Below are positions 40,976 through 54,018 of a stretch of 54,452 nt of DNA, one piece after another. The stretch lies in assembly GCA_030141605.1 (NCBI GenBank), contig JAQGDQ010001217.1, forward strand, positions 1 through 54,452, given 5' to 3'. A program made the translations under genes and the position numbers. The notes below the pieces were generated by a model. That model was given only the letters and a program-made list of their open reading frames with translations. It was not told the DNA's origin and did no database searches. Positions within the stretch are counted from its first letter, which is position 1. Every line of letters begins with the position of its first letter. The DNA comes from Tubiluchus corallicola (taxonomy: Eukaryota; Animalia; Priapulida).

Positions 40976-41520
40976 TGTTATTCTGTTGTTGAACCTACCT
41001 TGCCTGAATATAATGATTAGTGTTATTCTGTTGTTAAACTACTTTAACTGAATACAGTGATTAGTGCTATTGTGTTGTTGAACCTACTCTAACTGAATAC
41101 AGTGATTAGTGTTATTCAGTTGTTGAACCTACCTTGACAGAATATAGTGATTAGTGTTATTCTGTTGTTAAATCTACTTTAACTGAATATAATGATTAGT
41201 GTTATTCAGTTGTTGAACCTACCTTGACTAAATATAGTAATTAGTGTTATTCTGTTGTTGAACCTACCTTCACTGAATACAGTGGTTAGTGTTATTCAGT
41301 TGTTGAACCTACCTTGAATGCATACAGTAATTAGTGATTTCAGTTGTTTATTCTACTTTGACTGAATACAGCGATTATTGTTATTCAATTAGTGGATCTT
41401 GTTCGACAGAATACAGCCATTTGTGTTATTAAGTTATTGAAATTATTTGGACTAAATACAGCAATTAATATTATTCAATTATTGGATCCAATTTGACTGA
41501 ATACAGCGATTAGCATTATT
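40951..41520 (+). repeat. 45-bp minisatellite, about 13 copies, whose first unit contains the last DCST1 codons and stop
   Basis: Unit TACTTTAACTGAATACAGTGATTAGTGTTATTCTGTTGTTGAACC, decaying distally. Confidence 0.88.
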
Positions 41521-41570
41521 CAGTAATACAGTTTTCTGAAACTGTTTAGTAACACAGGTTCGTTCTCTAA

Positions 41571-42340
41571 AGGCGCGTTCAGACTGGCTCTGCTACGAGT
41601 ATTTTCAAAATGTGAGTTAGAATCATCTTGTGGAACCTACGTGTAGAGTTTTACAACGCGTTCACACTAGCGAGTTTTCCCTCTCTACTACTTTGCGAGT
41701 AACTGTCGGCAAACCATTTTAAACTTGGTGAGTTAATTTCATGCGAGATGCGAGCTACTGTCTAGTGTGAACAACTCGGCAAGTTACTTTCGACACTTCT
41801 CGCAGCGAATAGAAAATTGAGTGTCAGCTCGCACTTACCGTCGGAGAGTAACTCACAGCAAGTTTTGCTCTCTAGACTGAACACACTTGCGAGTTACTGT
41901 CTAGTGTGAACGCCTCGTCGAATTACTCTCGATATTTCTTCCAGTGAATAGAGAAGTGAGTGTCAGCTCGCGCTTACTGTCGGAGAGTAACTCGCAGCAA
42001 GTTTTGCTCTCCAGACTGAACACACTTGCGAGTTACTGTCTAGTGTGAACGCCTCGTCGAATTACTCTGGATATTTCTTGCAGTGAATAGAGAATTGAGT
42101 GTCAGCTCGCGCTTACTGTCGGAGAGTAACTCGCAGCAAGTTTTGCTCTCTAGTCTGAACACACTTGCGAGTTACTGTCTAGTGCCTCGTCGAATTACTC
42201 TCGATATTTCTTGCAGTGAATAGAGAAGTGAGTGTCAGCTCGCGCTTACTGTCGGAGAGTAACTCACAGCAAGTGTTACTCTCTAGTCTGAACACGGTTG
42301 GCGAGTTACTTGGCGAGTAACTCGTTGTCTGAACGCACCC
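41571..42340. mobile_element. PIF/Harbinger-like MITE with about four 139-bp internal tandem repeats
   Basis: TAA|AGGCGCGTTCAGAC ... GTCTGAACGCACCC|TAA gives 14-bp imperfect TIRs with a TAA target duplication. TCTAGTG recurs at 41761, 41900, 42039 and 42178. Confidence 0.75.
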
Positions 42341-43157
42341 TAACTGGTGCTTCATCGTGTTGCAACTTAGCAGTTGCTTGATGAATGTTGCTGCAAGTAT
42401 GCAACTGACATAAAGGTTTCAATGTTTTACGTAAATGGCTTCTGTGATGTTGCAATCTCCTTCCGTTTGCATTTTCACTGTGAAATTTCGAATAAACTTT
42501 ACAACCATAAAATGCCATTTCACAACAGAGATGGACATACATCGCCCCATGCTCATTTGTAGTTTAAATAACATTGGTCTATCTTTTACGACATCTTTAA
42601 TAATTTGCTGTTCGAGTCAGTCATGCGTGACTTCTCGGTGGACTTATAAACATGTAAATTGCATTGAAAAGAAAGCAAGTAATCTTCTTGTCTCAATGGA
42701 AATTCAGACATTTTTTCTGGGTTTATCTGGAAAATATAAATTGAGTCTGTTTAGCGAGAACGTCTCTCTTCTGGTTTCATTGGCTCGCTTGACGCTGGTG
42801 TTACCGAAGGATTTGTGTGGCTTCTTATGAAATTACGTAGCTTATTTTAACACTTGTAACGCTAAAGGCAGAGACAAACCATCTAGGAGGTTAGGCTTAT
42901 TTTAATCTTCACGAAAGGTGTTAGAAGGATTCACTAATAAAACTCCAATAAGCGCCTCGTGTAATTAGTAAAATCACTTTAAAGTCGCGATCACTTCATG
43001 CTTGGGCGCTCCCATTTTCAACGCCCATCCTTCTTCCAATGACGTCATTCATCTTGAAGAAAAGCAGCATACTATCAATCTTCGTCAAAAGTATGACAAG
43101 TTTTTACAAAAAATGGATCTAACTTTGTAATATTTTCGCAGGAACTCTAGGCAAGCT

Positions 43158-43323
43158 GCAGAAGTTTGAATTAGTTTAAACAGCGCGTGCTTACGGAAAG
43201 CCACTAGGCGCTCACGAAAAGTCACGAAGTCTCCCAGTTACGTCATGAAGCAGCAGAAGCTTGAATTAGTTTAAACAGCGCGCGCTTAGGGAAAGCCACC
43301 AGGCGCTCACGAAAAGTCACGAA
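43158..43323. repeat. About 95-bp tandem repeat, second unit interrupted by the Gypsy LTR
   Basis: GCAGAAG..TGAATTAGTTTAAACAGCGCG...CTCACGAAAAGTCACGAA occurs twice. Confidence 0.8.
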
Positions 43324-44655
43324 TATCACCTTCTAAAATTCAAATGCCTAATGTTTCTGTTAATCTAGATCGTATAGTGTAAGGTGACTTAAATCTATGT
43401 ATCGTATAGATTGAATTTTAATATGTTCGCTTAACTCCTAAATGCTATAAGGTGAATCCTTCACCTGACTCCGAGAGCTTTGGATGTCAGTCTAGTAAGC
43501 AATGATCGTCTTATCTAAACTTCACCTTGACCTTCGCGTTGTGAGAAAAGGTCTATATCTCTCAAGTTTCCTAGCTATGTCCCCGCAATATGGACGATAG
43601 TTAATACAAAGCGAACTAATCAGATTCGTATATCGGAAATAGTGTTGCTTGAGTTAAACACTGATAATATACATTAACTCAATTGTTAAATGTCCAAGAG
43701 AATTGTTTTATTGATTTACAATAATTACTGCTTAAGTATATCTTACAAGATTTAGTCCTTAAGCGCTTTTGACGCTCACAATTATTTTGTTAGCTTCTCA
43801 AAAGTACCTCTCTGAACAATTCTCCAATTCCTAATTCCTATCACCTAAGGTGTATACTTTACACTTATTCTCACTATAGTACAATGTGAACTTATACGAA
43901 CTACTAACGATATGCACAGTTAATTCTCAGTTTTACCAATATGTTAAGAGTGCTTAACTCTGCGGAGTTGACCCAATGTATAATACAATTTGGTCAATTC
44001 CGATAGCTGATACAAGATTTCCGTTGCTCAGTGCCCAGATTATCCTAGGAACGCAGAAAGATGTCTACGCTGAACTTCAGGAGTTGTCTTGTTGATCGAA
44101 TCGCCTTCTGTGTGTTTTACCGTACACACAGCACGTGACTTGCTCCAGTACGTTTCGAGATGTACTGGCCGGAACTAGCGCTGAATTATTCGAACTCGGG
44201 GCTTATATTTCGTTGAAATAACCTTGCAGTAACCTTCCACGATTGCAACATAGCATGCAACATTTAAAACGTCGCATGAGGTATCAAAATTTATGGGACA
44301 AGTTTTGAAGACGCAGTCATTATATGCCCGTAAAACGTATCCGTGTTCTTTCTTCAAAAACAACGACCTCGCAGAGTTTTGCTAATTACTAGCATTCTGT
44401 GCATATCGCTCATTATGAACGGTACATCCGTCTCGACTTAATGTTAGCTAATTATCTTAAGCATCTTAGAGTGTCCTGACGTAAACGCTATTTTTAGTTC
44501 TGACAACCTACGCTGTTTACAGTTCATTAAATCCGGGCTTTCAGCTGAGTGAGTTTCTTATTGCATTATCTGTAAATTTATTCATGCAATCAGGGAGGCA
44601 GGCAACCTTATACCAAAATATCGAAAATCATCGATTTATAAATTTATTCACCACA
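43324..44655 (-). repeat. 3' LTR, about 1.33 kb
   Basis: 43324-43757 matches 54019-54452 with three mismatches seen by eye. The other end is inferred from the minus-strand TG directly after the PPT. Confidence 0.85.
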
Positions 44656-44668
44656 ACTTTCCTCCCCT
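44656..44668 (-). other. Polypurine tract
   Basis: Minus strand AGGGGAGGAAAGT immediately before TGTGGTG. Confidence 0.75.
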
Positions 44669-46848
44669 AACACTCACCTCAGATGTAGCGCGAATTTAAT
44701 GATCTGATCTAAGATCTTAACTTTTGGAAGCTCCTTAATTAGATACATTAGCAACATTACATGTTACATCTTAATATATTATGGGACGTTCCATCTTGGA
44801 GGTCATGGTGGCGGGATACCATTGTCCATTGGGTCTCTCTGACTTTCTGGACCGGGGTTTTGATTCCATTGATCTCCTGAGATTCTTCCTCAGATACCCC
44901 TTATTGTCTTCTCTGACTTCCTCTTCTTCCCGCCTTCCATTTCCAATGGTCCCATCCTTCTGTAACATAAAATACATTCTGCAGTATCATAAGTTCATCA
45001 TGTACAATTTATTTCCATAGATCCTTTTAAACCTAATTGGGTGGTTTCTCTACCATCATTCAATGTTACCAGCCTGTTATGTATGGCTTCATTTGCCATT
45101 AAACTTTTCATTAAATCGACCCTCTCGTTATCTCCAGACCGTTTTGTGGGTACTTATGTTGGCCAATATTAGGTCATCTAGGGTCACGTTAAAGTCTGTC
45201 CCGTCAAAGTCTGTCCCGTCTTGGGTCACTGGTAATTTCATATATTCAATGATCATATCCGTCGTGCCAGAGGTCAGGTTCCTTATTTAAACCTTATCGA
45301 ACCTCTAGTCCTTATACTACTTATGTTCGGTTTTTCTTTTAACCTGACAGTAGTTTCCTGTAATGGCGCAATACGCCTCTTAATTGCGTATGTTAGGGGT
45401 ACTTTCCTCCCCCTAGAGTAGCCCTAACCGCTTTCCTGAATTAGTAAGATATTACATTCCACCCTTACTATTCATCATTAGATCTGTTGTGCGTATGCGG
45501 ATATTAGCTCTTAACCTGCTAGAAGTTAAGCTTATTGTAAGTTTAAACTTAAACTAAACCGCTCGCAAACAACATCAGAATCATCTAATTCATTTGTGCG
45601 TATCTTTACGTTCTATAGTTACTCATGGTTACTATAAATTTATTTCGCATGCATGCATTTAATTCTCTTTGAACAGTCCTACTGTTCCCTTTATAATCAG
45701 TAAGCATTTATTCCTTAATCTCACTCTGATTTAATCAATTCGCTGCGCATGTGCGGAAAGTTAGTTCCTAACCTAATACGAGGCTAAGTATATCAAGAGT
45801 TTTATAACTAGACTAACCCGCTTGCGAACAGCGTGAGTTCTACCTGAACTCTTACAACATAGTGTGTTTAGCTACCGTGTGTCAAAATACACACTCTTTC
45901 CCTTTAATCTGCGCGCGCGATTCACATACCACCACAGGGTACCGTTCGAGACCTATGCCTTAGCAGCAAATTGTGCCTCTTATTCACCAATGAGCTCCTG
46001 GTGGGTGAACTGTACCTCTGGCAGCATTCTATTTTAATATGGGTCGAGTTCTAATTTATCTGCACTGTCTTTTCCTCTTAAAATTCTTTTCATCCCTCAT
46101 TTACTCCCAGTAAACGTTTTCTCGAGTTCTCTTATACGACCTAGCTATTGATTCTTCTATTACCTGTCTCGCTCTAATGGATCCAATCAGAACGGACAAG
46201 CTCCAGCCACCTTCAGTTCCCCTTTTTACTCTTATTTAAATGGATATCCCTTACGGTTCTCTCTAACCTCTATTATGTAGCACTTTCACTTTCGTGTTAC
46301 ACCTTGCAGCGATGTGTTAATGGCTTTGTTGTAAGCCTTTTCATTTAACTTTTACTCCAAATACTCTTATAGACTTTCTACAATTATCCATTACTCTCCG
46401 TACATTATCTTACCAACAAATTCTTAGAAGAGTTCTAATCTCTTACTTATTTAATGTACGTTTAATAGGTTCAAGCTGCGAGGAATGGCTCACTATTTTG
46501 TGAAAACAATCTTAGCACAGCGTCCCATGCCAGGGGTTTGAGATCACTCAGTGACGCCATCTATCGCCAGGTTAGAAAGTTAGTTCCGGTGCTAACTTTA
46601 CTGACCCTGCTAGAACTCTGTGTTTACCTTTTACTTTTACGCTGCAACTTGGGAACTGGGCGCTAGATATCACTAGTGCCTATCTATTGCTACTTAAGGT
46701 TTAATATAGTTCGGCTGGCTCTTTACTATACATGTCCATTATTTTCGAATCAAGCATCTACTCTAAATTAAATTTCCCATTAATCTTCTAGGTCATTCTA
46801 ATATTTTTATCGTGCAGACACTCGTTGCCCATTTTGCTAAACACTTTC

Positions 46849-48672
46849 TTAATAGGGCGACCAGCGTTTCAAAATGCTGAACCATCCCTCAGGCTTCTTG
46901 GCCTGGGTTTTCACTTGAGATACCCATATAATTCGTTCTAATTGGGGAGGTCCGGTATCCTCATCTTCCGACCCTTCAGCACTGCTCTTTTTAGAGACTT
47001 CGCTGTAAGCCGCATCGCTCTCAGTGCGTCTTGATTTCGCACTAATTTCAGAGAGCTCACTAGTACTATCACTTCTAGGTCGCTTTGTGGCGCTAGAGTG
47101 TACTTCATCAGGTCTTAATAGTGGTGGTGGAGTATCACTAGAAATCTCTGACTCTTCATCTTCCGGGATACCTGGGCGGGGCGTCTCTTCTTCTTCAGAG
47201 AGCCCTTAACCGAGGTCAACTAACCTAAGTTCCGGAAGGCTATCTCCGTTCTCCCTATCTGACTGTAAGAACGGAGCGTCAAAGGGATCCCATGCCAAAC
47301 TTTCGGCAGGTTCGGTAGGCTTTTCACTTCCCTCTTGCCCTTGACTTACTGTTACTTCTGGCAAAGAGGTGAGTACAGGAGCTGACCCCTCCTGACCCCT
47401 CCTACTAAAATCTTCTCCTTCCTGAGAGATGTCGGGTTCCGATATGCGGGCAGCTCTACGCAGAGGTCTGCCTGCTTTATTTAATTTTCGAGCTCCTGGT
47501 TTAGTAGACCAGGCAGCTGTGGGAGGGACTAGGCGCAAGTGGGTCACATGACACATTCTTACTCGACCCGTGTCCATGTTCTTAATTTTATATCTATGTT
47601 TACCCAACCTTGTTAGTACAACATGGTTGCTTTCCCAATACTGGTGTAACTTCCTAGAAGCTTTTGGCTTTGTGGCTTGATTATAATAAAATACCACATC
47701 ACCAGCTCTAAAATGTCTCGTATGAGCCTTTCTGTCATATAATTCCTTACACTTTGCCCTAGCTAATTCGGTTCTTTTCTTTGCTACTACAAATGCCTGA
47801 TGCATTGTTTGCAAATAATATTCAAAGTAATCTTCTCCCACGTATTTCTCTGGTTCTGCCAAGTGATTTTCTATCACTCCTCGCGGCGCACGTGCAAATA
47901 ACAGGTAGTACGGCGAGAATCCCGACGTACTATGTATTGAGGTCCTATAGGCGGCTAAGGCCCTTGGGATATGCTTGTCCCAATTTCCGGGATCCTTGTC
48001 CGTTAGCTGCCTTAATAAACTCATCAACGTTCCATGTTGACGTTCCTCAATTGCATTGCCTGGGGGGTTGTATGGGGTTATTGTAATATGTCGTATCCCA
48101 TAGTGCTTGGTCAATCTCTTAGTCATATCGTTTACATACGATTTATCATTGTCAGTTAACAATTTAATTGGGGCACCGTACCTACAGATAATTTCATTAA
48201 CAAATGCTTCCGTCACTGTTTCAGCCTTTTTATCAGGTATGCCTACGGCATCTACCCATTTAGTAGCTAAATCAGTAAACGAAATTATATACTTATTTCC
48301 ATTCTCTGTTATAGGTAAAGGGCCTACAATGTCGGTTGCCACGGTTTGATAGGGCACTATTGGAATTGGTGCCTCTTGCATAGGGAACCTTACCACATTT
48401 CTACTTTTCCTGTTACATGTGGGGCAATTCTCTATAAATTTCTTACAGTCTTGCCGGATGGTGGACCACCAAAACCTTATAAGAACCTTGTTGACCGTTT
48501 TAGCCAACGCAAAATGTCCTCCGGCGTAAGAACTATGTATTTCCCTTATAATTTCTTCTACTAGCACTGTAGGGACGACTATCAAATAATAACTCCCTTC
48601 ATTTTCCCCATCGCTTTTGGTCCTTTGGGCTCCCCTGTATGGGACGCACCCGGGCTGGACCCCTTTCCACAC
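46849..48672 (-). pseudogene. pol: Integrase part of pol, with an in-frame TAA at 47206-47208 followed by about 118 more open codons
   Basis: HHCC zinc finger (IHSSYAGGH...CPTC) and DDE core (ATDIVGP, LTDND, IEER). The frame continues after the TAA as GLSEEEETPRPG...LKRWSPY*. Confidence 0.9.
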
Positions 48673-49506
48673 AGTGCATCTCTACGTGCCACTGTGTTCT
48701 CTGCTTCCCGACTTAACCTTTTCAGCTTCAGTCGATCACAGAGACTTAGCTCACCTGTTCACAATTCGGCTTGCTAAGGCCTGACTGTACATTGAGCAAT
48801 CTCACTTATCTGCAATCAGTGAGACTACCGGCCGGTGACCCAGTCGATAGCGATCACGAAAATGACTTGCTTGCAGTTCACTAGCATAGCAAACCATCCC
48901 CATCCCTTACAGGGACCAAAGGGCTCACGCCCAGAGGCAACCGACGGTCTGATCCATAGGAAACCTTGCTATCCCTCTATGAACTTTGACCGTTTTCACC
49001 TGCCTAGCCTGTTCACTAGAGAAGTGCTATAAAGGCAGCGAAATTCACACTTCACCTAGCTAGGTGAGGACTGTCATCCTCGTACCACGTATGTACCACT
49101 TATTCCACAACTGCAGGCTTACATTAGCTGACTCTGTGGCAGTACCAGAACTTTGTCTGCCTGAGCTACCAGCTTCCTAATTGACATTTCATCTGTCAAC
49201 ATTTACTTACAATGCACCCAGTGCATGTCTTGGCATATTCTTCGCCATCTTAATTCATCACCTCGGCATCCCAGTGCCGGAACCTAACTCTTTACCTCGG
49301 CATCCCCGTGCCGGAATCTAACTCTTTACCTCGGCATCCCCGTGCCGGAATCTAACTCTTTACAATAGTTTGCTGCAGTTGTGAACAGTACGACACATAC
49401 GCCGACTAGAAGGTACCACAGTAGGACGTTAATTCGCCCTTCGTTAGCAGAAAACAATAAAACTGCCTAGGATCCTTGCGGACCCACTGCCTCCTGTTAG
49501 AGACTA
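48673..49506. other. About 830-bp non-coding, hairpin-rich insert between the RNase H and integrase coding regions
   Basis: It interrupts ...GMGASSV|WKGVQ..., and removing it restores the frame with an ACA microhomology. It contains three 34-bp hairpin repeats (49260-49362). Confidence 0.75.
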
Positions 49507-52500
49507 ACACTCGAGGCGCCCATTCCTCTTGTTAATCTCTTATTAATACGACACAATAACCCGTCATCATTAATGGCATAATCCTCCATTAACCTGTATG
49601 CCTCCTGTGATTGTTTGGGGCTAGTGATGACGTGAATTAAGTAGGAGAGCGTTGCATCTTGACTTTGCAACAAGGCAAATCTTTTCTTATCTATTAATGC
49701 TTCCTTTACCCTACTGTCTGTCGTTAACTCAGTGACCTCTGATCGGGTCACGTCCGGACCTGGCTGTCGGCCAGTCTTAGTACCTACAGTAACTTTATTA
49801 CGTTTGAGCAATGCTTCTTCGCGCAAGTGCATTTTCTTCTTCGGAAATAATATCCCAGAAGAATTGGCAGACTGAACCCTATTTTCAATTTTATTCTCTA
49901 ATGAACTAGATCGACCATCCGCAGTAAGAGTCTCAGCAGAGGCCTCTGGGCGTGCTGGATCATCAACTGTACTGCTCTCTGATGGCGAACTATCATCTCC
50001 TATAGCGGCTAATTCCTGAGTATTTCTTCTACTCTCTAGGCGGTGCAACCTAGCATCTAAATCTCTTTTACTAATTGGCGGTTTTGCTTGCGGTTCCATT
50101 AATTTCATAGGTAGTCGACTATAATGATCCGCGGGATTCTTATTCCCGGGACAATACTCAATCTTCGCATTTTGCTGCGATAGTAACAAGGCCCATCTCT
50201 CTAATTTTGCATTTTTTAATTGTTTGCTCTCAAGCAAATACTGCAGACTCTTATGGTCTGTACGTATCACATAGCGACTACCATACAGATAATGGTGTAA
50301 TTTCCGTATACCGTAAATTATCGCGTACAATTCGCGCTCTGACGCAGTCCAACGCTGCTGGGTAGGTGTTAATTGATGAGAGAAAAATTCCACTGGCCTT
50401 TGCTCTCCATCAATTTCTTGAGTTAATACACCTCCCACACTATATAAGCTTGCATCTGTATATAAAATATAGGGCCTCTCCGTGTCTGGGTGCGTTAACA
50501 TAACGGGGTTCAATAATGCCGCTTTCAACTCTTTGAAAGCTTTCTCTTGGGCGTTCCCCCATACAAACTTAACATTTTTTCTAGTTAACTCCGTTAAAGG
50601 CCGAGCTATTTCCGCAAATCTCAGTATGTTAGCTCGGTAGTAATTACAACTACCTATAAAACTTCGCACCCCTCTCACATTTACTGGGCGGTCCATTGTT
50701 TGTACTACTTTTGCACGTTCGGGGTCGGGCCTTAATCCATCCTTGCTAATTATATACCCCAGAAACTGCACTTCTGTCTTAAAAAATTGACATTTCGACG
50801 GCTTCAGGCGCAAATTCGCCTCCTCTAAACGTCTGAACACTTCTTGTAAGTGTTGTAAATGCTCCTCCCTGGATTTTGAGTACACAAGAATGTCATCCAG
50901 GTAGGCTATACTAAATTTATCCGTTATTCCATCTAATAACTTATTTATGACCCGCCAAAACACTGATGGGCTAGTTAAAAGACCCATGGGGCTACGAGTA
51001 AACATGTACGCCCCGCCTTGGGTCACAAAGGCTGTTTTGGGCTGGTCATCTCGGTGAACAGGTATTTGTAAAAACCCTTGTCTCAAATCTAGACAACTAA
51101 AATATTTGGCTCCCTGTAATTTGTCTTTGAAGTTGGAAAGGGTTCGACTAGGATAGGCGTCGAACTTTACACACTTATTAATTTTCCTATAATCTATCAC
51201 TAACCTATAGCTTTTTCCATCAGCCTTTTTAACTAATAAACAAGGTGACGCCCACGGGCTATTAGCTGGTACTATAATTTTTGCTGCCAATAATTCACGA
51301 ATAATCTTATCTAATTCTTTTTCTAAATTATTGGGTATTCGATACGGTTTTGATCGAATAGGTTCCGCGTCACCAGTGTCAATTCTCATTTCAGCTAATT
51401 TAGTCTGCCCTAGTTCTAGGTCAGAGCTAGCAAACACTCCTTTCCACCTATTTAATAACTTTTCTAGCTTTGATCGCCAAATGGGAGCCAAATGATTCAA
51501 ATTAAACTCAGCATCTACCTGTTCTCCCGAAATTCCATCATGATATCGCCATGGTTTGTAACCATCCTTTATATTCGCCGTAAATTCACTGGCCGAAGGG
51601 CCCTCTAAATCTCTGAGTTCTACAAACATTCCGCCCCTATTATCATATTGAACCTTGAGTCCACCCTCTTGTGGATAATTATCTGCTGCCCTACTGCGCG
51701 CGTTATCATTAGGCATCTTGCCTCTAGCCATCGCATTAACTGCTAATTGTCGGTCATTAGAGACCTGGGGAAACCGCCACATTCCCTCGTTTCGCGCGGG
51801 CATGCAGTGAAGGCTATCATCTCGATACCTTCCCTGACTATTTTCTCTATTAATATCATCCGAACCGCCTTTAATCTTCTGACTATTCGTCATCGCAATA
51901 GCATGTACATCTGCTATGCTAACCTGCTGCACAGTGCCAAGTACATTATTCTTCTTAATTCTGATAGGCCTACTCGAATTATTTCGCAGAAGTAGGGAGC
52001 TCTTTCGCCCGTCTTCTACCCCAATTAAACCAGCCTCAAAACCTACGTCTGAGCGGTTCTTAAACACGGGTGCATTTTCAGCCATTTCAACACATAATAG
52101 CTGCCCACAAGGCCTATCTCGTTTAAATCGAACACGCATAGTTATCTCACAATAGCTAGGTAGGTAAACGCTTTCATCTGCGAGTAAAATATCAAGCTCC
52201 TGTTCGCGAACTTTATTTAAAGCAAGTAAATGGGCCTCTTTCCCAATAAATAACAACTTCCTTCCACAGTCCAAACTTGCGCCCAGACTGTGTAAGGCGT
52301 CTATCCCTAATATAGCATTTTGTTTCATTTCCGTTATTTGATATCTGAGGCGTACTTTACTATTCCCAATTTTCGTTTCAATAACTTTTTCGCCAATTAC
52401 AGGCATAGCCATGCCTGTGACACCTTTCAATTTCTTGTTGCTCACATTAGGAGCACCCATACCTAGTTTTTTATATAATTTTAGGGATATACACGAGGTG

Positions 52501-53663
52501 GAAGCGCCCGTGTCTACCATTATGCGTGTCGGTCGTCCATTTAACTCAACAAAACATGTTGGCTGGGTGATTAATGATTCTCTGCCACTTATGGACCTGA
52601 TAGATCGAGGCTCTCTTACGGCCTTCCAATCACCCCTTTTTATACCCGCCATTCTCAAATTACTCTGGCACTTATTGCGCGCATCACGCCTTTTTCTGCT
52701 AATATCTATTTTACTGCAATCTCTGCACACTCGTTTCTTATTTAAATTTTTATTACCTACACCGCCGCTAGTCTCCACATATAAGCTCCGGTCGGCGGAG
52801 ACAGACCGCCGATAGCTTCGTAACCTACTCGTGACCTCCTTGCATTTGTTATCTCGAAGTTGCAAGGCTCTGGTCTGCAGCCCTCTCCCATTAGTACTCT
52901 GTGGGCACCTTAAACACTCTTCTTCCTCGTTATTTGTGGCTGCTAATTTCCCTAACTCTCTTGGCGTTTCCAAACACCCTTGACGTGAATGTCGGTTCCT
53001 TAACCTAGCAATTCCTTGATTGCTTTCTTCCAACCTACAGCGAGCAAGCGCTGCTTCTAAAGTGGCTGGATTGTGCTTAATTAACTTCGCACGTAACTTG
53101 TCACTTAGTAGTGATTCTACCAACACGTCAATTAAAACCTTTTGTACTAATGGTTTTTCTATTTCTAAAGGTTTATATGCAATTCTCGCGTGGAACCAAA
53201 TTCTATCCACTAATTGCCGCAATGATTAATGTCTATGCTGCCGCATCGATCTTAATTCTAATATATGTCTAGTTACTTCCACTCTACTGACATATCTAGG
53301 TTCTAAAAACGAAATAAATTGACCCCAATTCAATTTCGACCAGATTTTACGGCTAGCATCTAAATATCGCCCACAGGCTCCTCCTACTGTCATATATGCT
53401 AATCTTATGCATAAACCACCGGTCTGTTCTGAGTCACTTGACGTGCAGAAACCTCTCCGGCTAATATCTCGAATCCATTGCCTAAAACTTTCACTACAAT
53501 CATATTCTTCGCCAGTAAAGTTCTTAATAAATTTGGCCGCACTATCTAAGGCCCACTGATCAGCAATGGCGCCCAACTGAGATGAGAGCCAATTTACTCT
53601 CTCTACCAGAGGGTTTTCCTCTGTTCTCAACAAGCCTGAGCTAATAACAGGAGGGTTCGACAT
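49507..53663 (-). pseudogene. gag-pol: gag-pol (Gag, aspartic protease, RT, RNase H) with one in-frame TAA at 53226-53228
   Basis: ORFs 53663-53226 and 53222-49497 share one frame. Motifs: MVDTGAST, RLVIDYRKIN, YLDDILVYS, LYTDAS...ELYAI...TDH. Confidence 0.93.
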
Positions 53664-53997
53664 ATTTTACGTTTGCTCTCTCAGCAATCTTCACAAATCA
53701 TAATTTCAATTTACAGGCTGTTAACACCTTTGACAATACAAAAACCACTCACCAATTGGTTGAGGGGGTTCCAACGTCGTTCTGGTGCAGCCTTCCGCTC
53801 CGTTACGGTAATTACTTTCCAATTGTCGAATCAAGGCTTGTTCTAACTTTCACTCTCAGTCTCCAGTGGTGTTTATAGTCGTGATTCCTCTGAGAATAAC
53901 GTACTTATCGTATATAACAAGTTCACAATGTTTACAAAATTCCGAACCTTAATTAAAGTTACAAAAGATTGCAAATACTAAATAGCAAAACACTAAA

Positions 53998-54016
53998 ATC
54001 CGCGGTCACGGCACCA
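53998..54016 (-). other. Primer-binding site complementary to the tRNA-His 3' end
   Basis: Minus strand TGGTGCCGTGACCGCGGAT, 2 nt from the LTR. The eukaryotic tRNA-His 3' complement is TGGTGCCGTGACTCGGAT. Confidence 0.85.
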
Positions 54017-54018
54017 GT

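Noticed and set aside
44771-45290. env-like third ORF in the Gypsy 3' region
   Set aside because: Only short broken ORFs are present, with no signal peptide, furin site or TM pattern.
53226-53228. Programmed gag-pol stop-codon readthrough
   Set aside because: The TAA falls mid-Gag where a Q-x-x-x-E-S motif is expected, so it is most simply GAA>TAA, and it is far from the Gag/protease boundary.
47781-53229. Plus-strand ORFs overlapping pol
   Set aside because: They are antisense shadows of the pol frame with no recognisable motifs.
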